A stretch of DNA of 64,000 nt from an uncultured Omnitrophica bacterium (GTDB taxonomy: Bacteria; Omnitrophota; Gorgyraeia; JACQQV01), in contig CAMTXH010000019.1 in the NCBI GenBank assembly GCA_947085655.1, positions 3,827 to 67,826 on the forward strand. The letters run 5' to 3'. This document shows, piece by piece, positions 51,601 through 60,334 of the stretch. The notes beneath the pieces were generated by a model. The model did no database searches, was not told where the DNA came from, and saw only the letters and a program-made list of their open reading frames with translations. A program made the position numbers and the translations under genes. Within the stretch, counting starts at the first letter, position 1; each line of letters begins with the position of its first letter.

Positions 51601-54076
51601 TACCGATGCCAATCTTCAAACCACCTCTGTGACAAGCCGCGATATCAATATCCGCGGTTACAACCATTTCCTTGAGAAAGAAATCCACGAGGCCCCCCAG
51701 ATGTGGGAGGATACCATCAGCGGGAAGACGGGCATCGATGTGGATCAAAGCGGAGTTAAAACGCCGTGGGTATCCCTCTCCCCCTTTGACGAATTACCGG
51801 TGAGAATTCTTCAAAGACTCGCGGACCAAGAAAATCCTACCCGAAAAATCTATGTCACCGGTATGGGAACGGCGGATGCGGCAGGTTCGGTGGTAGCAGG
51901 GCAGATCCGGGATTATTTGAGACTCGTCGGTCACGATGAAATCGAGGTGGAAGATATTATTGCGACCGAGTTAAGCGGATTCAAGTTACGGGAAAACATG
52001 AGCGACGTATTGATCGTGGCAGTCAGTCAATCCGGAAAGACGACGGATACCAATACGGCGATCAGTCATGCCAAAAAGAGAGGGGCCGGGGTTCTTGCGA
52101 TTGTGAATACACGCGATTCGAAATTGACGACTTTTGCGGATGGGGTCCTTTATACCGGGACAGGCCGTGACATCGAAATCGCAGTGGCTTCCACCAAGGC
52201 CTATTATGCACAGGTCGGCGCAGGGGCCCTTTACGCGATGGCACTTGCCGAGGGTCTTCTCCAAATGGACAGAGAACGGATTCGGGAGATGCCGGGTAGC
52301 CGCGAACGGACGGCCCAGTGGAACGAACTGGCCAAACGAGAGAAGGAGTTACAGAGGGTGATGTTGGAGGACATCAAAGAAATGCATTTGATGCCGGCAA
52401 AGATAACAACTTTTCTAAACGCCGTTCAAACTCTGGAAGAGGCATACCAAAAGGCGAAAAGAAAAGGTGCAACAGGAGTCCGACGCCATCCTCTTGTGGC
52501 AGCTGCCCATAACTGGCCGCTTCGGAAACTGGAGTGGAAAGTTTTGGGAAGCGGGCCGAATTATCATTCTGCAAAAGAGGGACGGATCAAACTCTCCGAG
52601 TTAACGTACAGCAGCCTGCCGTTTGACCACGTCGAGAATTACAAGCATATTGATTTTTCCGCAGAACCATGGGTGATCGCAAACATTGCGAATGTCTCGG
52701 GGTGGGAGAATACCTTCCATTCCGACATCGAATCCGAAGTCACCAAGATGCTTTCGCACAATGCGGCCTTAACGCTTATTGTTGCGGAGGACGATGCCCG
52801 TTTTAACTCTCTTGAGCAGGAATTCCTGACGGTGGAAGGAAAAAGGGAAAAAGGCCCCATTGATATCATCCGTATTCCCAAAACCAGCGAACGCTTTGCA
52901 CCTGTCCTTTCGACATTGGCGATGCATCTTTTGGCTTATCATGTAGCGCTTGCCCTGAACGAAAGAGCGAATGCGGTAATGAAAGTTCATGACGAGATTT
53001 TATATCAGACAGCGAGACTGAGAAACCATTACGGAAAGAAACAGGCCTCGAGTGATAACATCAGCGGTCTTATTTTGAAAAACAAGACTTTCCGGAAAGT
53101 GGCCAGAGAAAGAATCGGCGAACTCTTCCCGCAATTTAGAGAGGGTATCTTCAACAAAGGATTCGGCTCGGATCGGACCTTTTCGACGATGATTTTGTTG
53201 ATGGCCGCCGCTGGACATATTTCACTGGAACAGACAAACCAATTTTTGGGGAAGGATTATACGCCCGACACGTTTCTGGAAGCGCTTCCGGACTTTTTGA
53301 TGCACCAGCGGATGCGTCTTACCCGGACGGTGGATTCGGTTCTTCACCAGGCGAAGTTCGTGACTGTTGGAACCAAGCGCCAGACGGGATCGGAGTCAGC
53401 GGCGGCTGGGAGAGACGGCGGCGTGAGGCAGACCGCAGCAGTACTGGAAAGCGCAATCCAAGGTCTTTCGCCAGAAGTTTCTCTGTCCCAGTCGGTCCTT
53501 CAGTCCACCGTTCAAGGGACCGTTATAGTTTATGACGATGCGCTGGATAATTTGTCTATTGCCAAAAAGGTTGAACAACTTGCAAGCCAATTGAGGAATG
53601 CCGGCTCATCCATAGGATTCAGTCTGATTTCCCGTTCGGGGAAGGGGGCTGCGGGGATTGCCGAAGAGGTCTATCGGCATTCCAACGGCCTGGTTGACCT
53701 CTGGGGTCTGTTTCAAACATCTCTCGCCGAGGGTGAGGTCAATGTGCTTGACCCCAGGGCAGTGGATACGGCGCTGCGGCAGAGAGGGCTGGTGCCTCTT
53801 GAGCTCGTTGCCCCGCGGGAGATCGTTGATCTTTACAAAGAAAACAAAATCCAACTCTATGCCTGGCTGGTCTCCGGGAATCCAAAAGAGGGTGAGCCGG
53901 GCGTAGTTTACGGTGCAGAAGCCCTTCACCAAATGGTTGAGATCTTTGGATGGAACCCTGCCGACACCGAAATCCTTCTGGTTGAAGGCGGTCTGGAATT
54001 TACAGCGACGTTAGAGCGCTTTGAAGGGGACATCGAAGCCCTGGACCGCTCCTATCGTGAAAATCGCGGGTTATAA
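48689..54076 (+). CDS. Signal-peptide polyprotein: C39-like peptidase + glutamine--fructose-6-phosphate aminotransferase (GlmS) + shared C-terminal domain
   Basis: Signal peptide ..PIPASA. C39 features: QTCG, GHFAAV, VLD, EFLRQWSG. GlmS features: CGTYG, RGRDSLG, SRWAS, NAHP, NGDIDN, SDT, SQSG.TTDT, VASTKAY, EGRIKLSE, AKFVTV. Confidence 0.88.
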   Translation: MKKSGFWFKLTACLILQIFLFFTVSPIPASALPTPTQSHLRSISTRSSDGGVRLLQQELLRPAGVPAPDALQPIDVYIAATFDHATGPTSFEGRVRRLVSAVAQGEYEGVDPQTLVPLFLKELTPDQADLHESIGGEWERLNGTCQTCGVNSFYELPSTGRVSSQDLRRVPREVLGSLVAAVHIAQSGRLSFHPRTNEILYSAFDLGLVYGMSVHQLPKAEKALRSLVPNAERGLIVHLAALDPEGRGGHFAAVKTIGENEVIVLDKGREITLPLPEFLRQWSGYFLTYSQTSSAKVVPQEEAKEVMGCCGTYGEIISKGAYHQQPDVDIAQLSSIAALIEQHGLQALVKNNQERLFFAGEEDVQIDAVGRSGSISFIEYTGRDEEPVQRHPHTLNADEIKKVKGYVHLREKAAAQLEEVHRLNEQVEKAKSKYGKGKDSNQSWEEWRKNRHHGWKEWQRGAGEAKEAKKKYQQYRNDYLEEREKVLGQFIANIYPGQRTRFQNYLLESYLGGREQIQKFFSQFYHLKRIVNLEFIFNNPSVRAEIRSLADRLRVLIAEEERLYKKFVEDGLLHQQDLEAYKGRMALLKDMEWFLTEDVLRHIDEIMSLGGIEERDLPVSSHAFQALRAVNTALVAIDKRLETRGRDSLGVAISLSVPDVKTYHRLRDALHNNGFRSEYERRRERGTMNLDNLAIRMQHSHKPNGDIDADRPVTITFVYKVAEAVGKLGDNARAIRKSITEDEVFKRVIRADLENIVVTAQSRWASAGGINIPNAHPVDNRGIYLIDGRQREQIWELSADQIPKYGRNGTLFVVLNGDIDNYNSEREGKPNLTKVYEEDQLNTVPRHIHPEASSDTKRIPLRIEHYLARGHDLKEAFRLAVNDFGGSFAIQMQSDLEPGKIFLAQHGEGQALYVGISEDGFHSSSEQYGFVESTQRYVEMQAGQIIILDQARKPGVEQIEAYDFDGTPIKFTDANLQTTSVTSRDINIRGYNHFLEKEIHEAPQMWEDTISGKTGIDVDQSGVKTPWVSLSPFDELPVRILQRLADQENPTRKIYVTGMGTADAAGSVVAGQIRDYLRLVGHDEIEVEDIIATELSGFKLRENMSDVLIVAVSQSGKTTDTNTAISHAKKRGAGVLAIVNTRDSKLTTFADGVLYTGTGRDIEIAVASTKAYYAQVGAGALYAMALAEGLLQMDRERIREMPGSRERTAQWNELAKREKELQRVMLEDIKEMHLMPAKITTFLNAVQTLEEAYQKAKRKGATGVRRHPLVAAAHNWPLRKLEWKVLGSGPNYHSAKEGRIKLSELTYSSLPFDHVENYKHIDFSAEPWVIANIANVSGWENTFHSDIESEVTKMLSHNAALTLIVAEDDARFNSLEQEFLTVEGKREKGPIDIIRIPKTSERFAPVLSTLAMHLLAYHVALALNERANAVMKVHDEILYQTARLRNHYGKKQASSDNISGLILKNKTFRKVARERIGELFPQFREGIFNKGFGSDRTFSTMILLMAAAGHISLEQTNQFLGKDYTPDTFLEALPDFLMHQRMRLTRTVDSVLHQAKFVTVGTKRQTGSESAAAGRDGGVRQTAAVLESAIQGLSPEVSLSQSVLQSTVQGTVIVYDDALDNLSIAKKVEQLASQLRNAGSSIGFSLISRSGKGAAGIAEEVYRHSNGLVDLWGLFQTSLAEGEVNVLDPRAVDTALRQRGLVPLELVAPREIVDLYKENKIQLYAWLVSGNPKEGEPGVVYGAEALHQMVEIFGWNPADTEILLVEGGLEFTATLERFEGDIEALDRSYRENRGL

Positions 54077-57000
54077 TGTTGATGAAAAAGAAAAGATGGC
54101 TTAGTTTTTCTGCCTGGGTGACTTTCGAGCTCTTCTTTTTTACCCAGATTGTTTCGGCAGGGAACATTGTTGTGCCCTCTCCGCGCCATTCCCACCTCCG
54201 CGCCCCGAGTTTGAAAGGGACTGCCCAGGACGGGAGCCGTCGTGATGTCGGCGTTAGTCAATTTCTTACGGAGCTCCGGGGTGTCAAAGACGGCGGCACA
54301 CAAAATCTTGAGAGTTTTCCGTCTCTTTTACGAGATTATCTGAAGAGCGTAGCGGGCGTGATCGAGGGTCCCGACTGGTTAAGACAGACGCATGCCCTCT
54401 TTACCTCTGTCTATCCCCGGACTTTTCTTGCGGACTTGGAAAAGATGAGACAGGTGCCGGAACCCACCGGCGGCACCGTGTATTCGCGGCTTGATACACC
54501 CCTTTATTACGACGCAGAGCGCGGATTTGTCGTCCTGGTGGCATCCTGGGAGCCGGGTCAATCCACCCATATCCATAATCACCTCACCGAAAATGAAGAG
54601 CCGGAGGAAGGGATCATCGGTGTGCTTGAGGGCGAGGCAGAGGTGGTCCATTTTAGACGGGAGGGGAACCGGATTATTGAAGCGGGCCGGTTCATTTTGA
54701 AGGAAGGGCAGGCCGCGATTGTGCGTCAGGAAGCGGGGCAAATCCATCGGGTCAGGAATGCAGGAAACACCCGCCTTGTCATGCTCGATACCTACCGTCC
54801 CCGGCTTACCCGGACCGATGTCTTCCTGCCGCTTGAGGATCATTCGGAAACCTCCCTTTTGGGAGGGAAAAAGCGTGAAGCGTATGTCGTCGAGCCGGTC
54901 CGAATTCCTGCAGGGAAACAGAATCTTTTACTTCCGAAACTTTTGGTTGAGGCGGGCTTCGCTGTTCCGCAGATTGATGAGTTTCTGCGCAGCCCGATCA
55001 CCGTCAAAGCAACCTTGCAGGCCTTAAATGAAGCGAAGGCGCTGATTGCGGGGAGGGATGGAGGGGATAAACGGCAGCCGGCCAAGGAATCCACCGTCGA
55101 AATCGCAGGGGCGACATTTTTGCATCTTTCGGCCGAAAGACCGGTTGAGACGGTGCTGATTCCGGAGCCGATTGATCCGGCGGTCATCCGCCTGATTCAG
55201 GAAAGGGACGATGTCTCTGCCTTTATCCTGACTCCCGGGTCTGAAGAGGTTCGGACCCCCGAGGGATGGAAGGTTTTCTCGCAAGACCAGCTCTTAGAGA
55301 CCGTGCGCCAAACCAATCCTACCGCAATCATCGGCTATACCAATCTTCTCTATAATGCCCAATTGATGGATCTGGCCCCCCGCTTGGAAGGGATTTATCT
55401 TTTCTCGACGGGCCGTGAAAATGTGAGCCATCTGGAAGCGCGCCGGCGCGGAATCTTCGCCACGTTTGTCCCGGGGCCTTTAACGGAGATGGTGACCGAG
55501 CGGAATCACACATTTGGCCTGAATTTTGTCTTTGATTATTTAGGGAGCGTTCTCTATCAATCCCGTCCCGGTTGGATGACGGCCGAGGAGGTTTTGTCTT
55601 CTACGGTCAAAGAGAATCCGGAATCGGTTGCGCAGTGGATATGGGGGGAGCTTCTGCGAAGAAGTCAGCGGCTTGATCGGCAGGTTGACCATGTGAAACA
55701 AGGAAAATTCAGGCGCACAACCGGGGTCAGTGAAAACGCAACGGTTTATTCCGAACAATTGGCTCACAATCCGGAAATCGGAATAGAGACCACCCTCGGT
55801 CTTATCGGCCTTGGGGAAGTCGGCAAACGTCTTGCCGAGATTGCAAAGGTCTTCGAACTCAAAGAAGTCCGTTACCATGTGCCTCCTAAAGAACGGGATA
55901 AAAAATTAGAAAAAGAGCTTGGGTTGGTTTATGTAACATCTGTCAAGGACATTTTAACATCAAACTATGTGATCCGTGTCCCGGGCGCACCCATCCATTT
56001 AACCTCGGTAACCGATTTTAGGCAGGAGATTGTGGATCCTGAAAGAATATGGACCGATCCGGACAAGGCGCAGAATCTCCTGAAGCAGTCTCTTTTTGGA
56101 AGGAGAGCCCACATTGCAGGTCTGGGGCAGATCGGAAGAGAAACGGCCAGACGAGCCATTGCTCTCGGGATGGATGTGGATGCCATCGAGATTCGACCGG
56201 ATCTTGAGGCGATTGAAGCGCTGAATCAATTCCAGAGTAAGTTTGCCGAGCGCCACGGACGACCTAAAAGGCCAATCCGGTTGGTGAAGGATAAAGAAGC
56301 CTTCTTTAAAGAAGCAAACCCGGGAGACCTCTTCTTTTATCAGTTTAATTATACTCCTGAAGTCCATCATTGGGTCGATGCAGAGGCCCTGGCACTCCTC
56401 GGCGACACGCCGGTCATTCATATGAACACTGCCCGGGGGAAATTGGTGGATACAAAGGTAATGGAGGAATATCTCGATACCCATCCCCATTCAAAGTATG
56501 GAACAGACGTTTTGGAAAATGAGACCGGAGAAACAGAAAAAGGTCTCGCAGAGCGGCCTAATGTCGTGGTCACTCCTCATTCGGCAAGTGCCGATCCCCG
56601 GGTTCGCGCCTATGTTCAGAAAGTGGCGGTCGTTGATAACTTCTTCGCTTTCTTGGATGGGAAGATACCGGCCAACCCGATGCCCGAGGTCCCGGTTCAT
56701 GAAGTGGTGGCCCGGCGGATGTTTCGGGAGGCGGTCAAAAGCGCCGACGCGTATGAGGCGGTCAGGCGGCATGTTGCTTACGATCCTTCTTCCCAGACCC
56801 TCACCGTTCAGGGGCGCCCCTATGATCTCGCCGGTATTCAAAATATCTATGTTGTGGGATACGGCAAGGCCTCGGGGGAGATGGCCGAGGCGCTTACGGA
56901 AATTTTGGGCGAGCGGATTACATCCGGCGTTATCACTGTGGCCGGGCATGAGCAGAAGAAGCGGTTTAACGGGAAGATTAAACCGATTACTGTTTATGCC

Positions 57001-60000
57001 GGCGATCATCCGATCCCCGGGCTCGAAGGACCGAAGGGGACAGAGGAGATGATCGCCCTTGTGCATCAAGCGGAACCACAGGATATGGTCATCTCGCTCA
57101 TTTCCGGCGGCGGGAGCGCCATCGGTGCCCACCCCGTCTTTAAAATGTCCCTTAAGGACTTGCAGACACTCTATCAGCTTCTTGAAAGCACACCCATCCC
57201 GATTCATGAAAAGAACGTTATCCGTAAACATCTTGATGCACGCGCTGACCTCTTGCGGGTCTCAAGAAATGCAAAACATTTTGTCAGTCTCATCATTTCC
57301 GATGTCCCCGGGGATGATCCCCGCGACATCGCTTCCGGTTATACCGTCGGAGACACCAGCACATTTCGCGATGTGAAGGAACTTCTTCAGAAATACCACC
57401 TCTGGGGGAGAATTCCGGCATCCATCCGGAATTTCATCGAGCAAAATGTCATTAGTGATCCTGTGTTTGAACAGGTTCACCCCGAAGATCCCCTTTTCAA
57501 GGGCGGCCGAGTTCATACCGCACTTTTGGTCGGGAACCGTCCGGCCCTTGAACGGGCGGCGGAAGTGGCGCGCGCACTGGGATATGAGACAAAAATTATT
57601 GAAGAGCCACTTTCCCGCACGGTGGAGGCAGAGGGCGTACAGATCGTGGAGGAGATCATCGAGGCCTCCGATTCCCCGAGGGAAAAACCCCTTGCGATCC
57701 TCTGGGGCGGCGAGACGGTGGTTGATCTTCCCGAAAGCCCGGGGCGCGGCGGGAGGAATAGTCACCTGGCCATGACCATCGCAAAAGACCTTTTTGACCT
57801 GAATCTCCCGGAAGTGACCTTCCTTGCGGCAAGCACAGATGGCAAGGACGGCTCTTGGGACGGGACCGGGGCGGTGGTGACAGGCGAGACCGTGGCACGC
57901 GCGCAACAGGCGCGCATGGAGCTCTCCGACTTCTTAAGGCGCTTTGATTCCGGGACCTTTGCCGAAAAGACGGGGATTGATGTGACAACCGGACCCACCG
58001 GAACGAATGTGATGGATGTTGCCATCGCGTTAATTCCTGCCGGGATGCCAGAAGAGGCGCGCGAGGGCGGGAACCGAGAGGCGATTCGCAGCGCAGGAAG
58101 AGCGCTTGCGGGATTATTGCGTTCAAAACTCATCAATCTGCGGGATGCCGAGAAGATGCCGGCTGAACTCCGGCGTGCACTCAGTCAAGATGTCCACGAA
58201 AGACTCCGGCAACAATTGCATCCCACGCTTCTCAGGGAAGTCGGAGATGTCGAAAAGCCCGTCCTGGAAAGGACCCTTCGGGATGCCGCAGTTTTGGCTT
58301 CCTTGTCTCCCGAAGATCCCAAGGGCATCAAGCAGTCGGCTTTTCTGGCAGGGCGTATTTTAGAAGATATTAATCAATATGCCTCTTCCTCTGCGTCGTT
58401 ACGGGCCTCTTGGCATGCGCCGCGGGATCCATCCGGAAAGGTGATGGTGGATCCCCGATATGAGGAATACCGGAAGGCGATCTGGAAAAGCCCTTCCCAC
58501 TGGAATTTTAAGGGGATTCGGGGTCTCCTTGAGGCGCTTGAAGAGGAAACGCTGAGGGAAACGCTGCGACAATTCGCCGCAAGCGGTGAGACATTTGTTG
58601 TGGCAGAGATTGGGACGGGGAACGGCCCTTTGACGCAAGAACTCCTTGAGATGTTCAAGCGGTTCAGCGTCAAAAATTACAAAATTCTTGCGACCGATGT
58701 GAATGCGAGTTGGCTCGCTTCCGCTTATGAACGGTATGGAGACAAAAAAAGTCCCCATTATGATCCTTCCGTGGAATTTTATCTGGTCCGTTCCGAGGAT
58801 GAACAGGGGCGGTCCTTCAGGGATTTTGAGAAACTCTCCACAACGCTCGGCGGGCAGAAAGTCCATTTGGTGATCGGATCGCATGCGATCCATCTCATCG
58901 GGCAGTTTGACCAATTCGCAGCGGGAGTCCGCGAAACACTTCTCCCGGGCGGCTTTGCCGCTTTCCAGAGTTTGAACGTGGAATATCCTGGCCGGGTTTC
59001 GGCGGATGGAACGGGTCCTTTCCTCATCGATGATACCGCAAACCGTGTCCATGACCTTGCCGTTGAACTGATTCGAAACGACGCAAGATACGCCGGTTAC
59101 CGGGAACGGGTTTCAGAGGAAAACATCGCAAAAGCACTCCAGACTCGTCGGGCGGTTTTCCCACCGGTCCGGGACCAAAGCGAATATCTGACGCATCTTA
59201 AAGATCATGGCTTTGGTATTTTGGTCCCTTATGCCTCTCCTTCTTATCCGGCAGAGTATATCCATGTTCTCTATGAGGACTGGGGAGAATTTTTGAAACT
59301 TGAACTTTTGCAGAACGGTATCCTTCCCGAATTGCACAAAACCCCTGTTCAATCCGAGGTCATCGCCGAGGCGGCGGAACGGCTCTTTGAGTGGATGCGC
59401 CGGGAAAACGAAGAAAAGAGAAATCCTTTCACGAGCAAGGAGAAGAAGGGTTCCTTCATCGTCGGCTCCACCATCATCATTGCAAAATTGGGGAGGGAAG
59501 AAAGGTCGCCAGTCGAGCCGGAACGCTTTGCCCGGGATGGGGGGAGGAGAGGGCTCGAAATAGAGCGGCGCGAGGCGCTGGTTGCCTATCTTGATGGGAT
59601 TCTCGATGCAACTCCCACACAGGGCCCCGGCGTGATCTCATTGGATGTGAAGGTCGAACAATTAGCATCGCAGTTTGCGCTTCCCCCCGAAACCGTGAAG
59701 CGATTCCTTGGGGATTCGGATGTCTTCCAGATCTTACCAGATGGACAGATTACTTTTGATCGAAGCATCGGGGAGGATTCCGAAGCCCTTCGCTTTTTCG
59801 CAATGACGGCCAAAAAATGGATCGCCTCCGCCCGAGACGGCGGGTTCAAGGTTGGCGATGTCAAGACAGTAGAAGTGGAAGAAACGATTTCGGCATTACC
59901 GGAGGAGATTGCAAACGAGACGGATCAGCGTTATCAAGATGGGCGGCTGGTCGGAAGAGAAGGATTTGGCAATATTATTGATGCGATTGAGGACCGTGTA

Positions 60001-60255
60001 TGGACCATCGAAGAACTGCTTGAAAGACTCGACCGGAAGGCGGAGGAAAAACTCCGCCCAGAACTTTCTCCGCTTGCCAAAGCGCTATTGAGGCAGCTTT
60101 TGATTCAAGAGGGGACGGCTCGGGATAGCAGCGTCCTTCTTGAGTTGGCTAAAGCCATCCGAACGCTCGATCTTCCCTCTCTCACTGCGGGCCCCCTCCA
60201 CAAGGACCTCGAATCCGCAAAGCAGATTGTGAAAGAGGTCTTGGTCGGACTGTAA
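54076..60255 (+). CDS. Signal-peptide polyprotein: cysteine-dioxygenase-like cupin + D-2-hydroxyacid dehydrogenase + glycerate kinase (MOFRL type) + class I SAM methyltransferase
   Basis: Cupin WEPGQSTHIHNH/IHRVRN; dehydrogenase GLGEVG, GLGQIG, NTARG, DVLENE, TPHSAS; kinase GYGKAS, HPIP, SGGGSA, SDVPGD, GGET, GRGGRN, TDGKDG, TGTNVMD; methyltransferase EIGTGNG. Confidence 0.85.
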   Translation: MLMKKKRWLSFSAWVTFELFFFTQIVSAGNIVVPSPRHSHLRAPSLKGTAQDGSRRDVGVSQFLTELRGVKDGGTQNLESFPSLLRDYLKSVAGVIEGPDWLRQTHALFTSVYPRTFLADLEKMRQVPEPTGGTVYSRLDTPLYYDAERGFVVLVASWEPGQSTHIHNHLTENEEPEEGIIGVLEGEAEVVHFRREGNRIIEAGRFILKEGQAAIVRQEAGQIHRVRNAGNTRLVMLDTYRPRLTRTDVFLPLEDHSETSLLGGKKREAYVVEPVRIPAGKQNLLLPKLLVEAGFAVPQIDEFLRSPITVKATLQALNEAKALIAGRDGGDKRQPAKESTVEIAGATFLHLSAERPVETVLIPEPIDPAVIRLIQERDDVSAFILTPGSEEVRTPEGWKVFSQDQLLETVRQTNPTAIIGYTNLLYNAQLMDLAPRLEGIYLFSTGRENVSHLEARRRGIFATFVPGPLTEMVTERNHTFGLNFVFDYLGSVLYQSRPGWMTAEEVLSSTVKENPESVAQWIWGELLRRSQRLDRQVDHVKQGKFRRTTGVSENATVYSEQLAHNPEIGIETTLGLIGLGEVGKRLAEIAKVFELKEVRYHVPPKERDKKLEKELGLVYVTSVKDILTSNYVIRVPGAPIHLTSVTDFRQEIVDPERIWTDPDKAQNLLKQSLFGRRAHIAGLGQIGRETARRAIALGMDVDAIEIRPDLEAIEALNQFQSKFAERHGRPKRPIRLVKDKEAFFKEANPGDLFFYQFNYTPEVHHWVDAEALALLGDTPVIHMNTARGKLVDTKVMEEYLDTHPHSKYGTDVLENETGETEKGLAERPNVVVTPHSASADPRVRAYVQKVAVVDNFFAFLDGKIPANPMPEVPVHEVVARRMFREAVKSADAYEAVRRHVAYDPSSQTLTVQGRPYDLAGIQNIYVVGYGKASGEMAEALTEILGERITSGVITVAGHEQKKRFNGKIKPITVYAGDHPIPGLEGPKGTEEMIALVHQAEPQDMVISLISGGGSAIGAHPVFKMSLKDLQTLYQLLESTPIPIHEKNVIRKHLDARADLLRVSRNAKHFVSLIISDVPGDDPRDIASGYTVGDTSTFRDVKELLQKYHLWGRIPASIRNFIEQNVISDPVFEQVHPEDPLFKGGRVHTALLVGNRPALERAAEVARALGYETKIIEEPLSRTVEAEGVQIVEEIIEASDSPREKPLAILWGGETVVDLPESPGRGGRNSHLAMTIAKDLFDLNLPEVTFLAASTDGKDGSWDGTGAVVTGETVARAQQARMELSDFLRRFDSGTFAEKTGIDVTTGPTGTNVMDVAIALIPAGMPEEAREGGNREAIRSAGRALAGLLRSKLINLRDAEKMPAELRRALSQDVHERLRQQLHPTLLREVGDVEKPVLERTLRDAAVLASLSPEDPKGIKQSAFLAGRILEDINQYASSSASLRASWHAPRDPSGKVMVDPRYEEYRKAIWKSPSHWNFKGIRGLLEALEEETLRETLRQFAASGETFVVAEIGTGNGPLTQELLEMFKRFSVKNYKILATDVNASWLASAYERYGDKKSPHYDPSVEFYLVRSEDEQGRSFRDFEKLSTTLGGQKVHLVIGSHAIHLIGQFDQFAAGVRETLLPGGFAAFQSLNVEYPGRVSADGTGPFLIDDTANRVHDLAVELIRNDARYAGYRERVSEENIAKALQTRRAVFPPVRDQSEYLTHLKDHGFGILVPYASPSYPAEYIHVLYEDWGEFLKLELLQNGILPELHKTPVQSEVIAEAAERLFEWMRRENEEKRNPFTSKEKKGSFIVGSTIIIAKLGREERSPVEPERFARDGGRRGLEIERREALVAYLDGILDATPTQGPGVISLDVKVEQLASQFALPPETVKRFLGDSDVFQILPDGQITFDRSIGEDSEALRFFAMTAKKWIASARDGGFKVGDVKTVEVEETISALPEEIANETDQRYQDGRLVGREGFGNIIDAIEDRVWTIEELLERLDRKAEEKLRPELSPLAKALLRQLLIQEGTARDSSVLLELAKAIRTLDLPSLTAGPLHKDLESAKQIVKEVLVGL

Positions 60256-60282
60256 TCAGAACCAACATTCTGAATCCAATTT

Positions 60283-60321
60283 AAAAGCGCGCTTGAACGG
60301 TGCGCTTTTTTGTGTTAAAAT
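60283..60321 (+). terminator. Intrinsic terminator overlapping a probable icd promoter
   Basis: AAAAGCGCGC...GTGCGCTTTTTT hairpin; TTGAAC-17 nt-TAAAAT with extended TG. Confidence 0.65.
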
Positions 60322-60334
60322 AATTAATTAATTT

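Noticed and set aside
53411-53422. DGG linkers as classical C39 double-glycine cleavage sites
   Set aside because: Upstream residues lack the -12/-7/-4 hydrophobic leader pattern, so cleavage by this C39 domain is unsupported; kept only as an open possibility.
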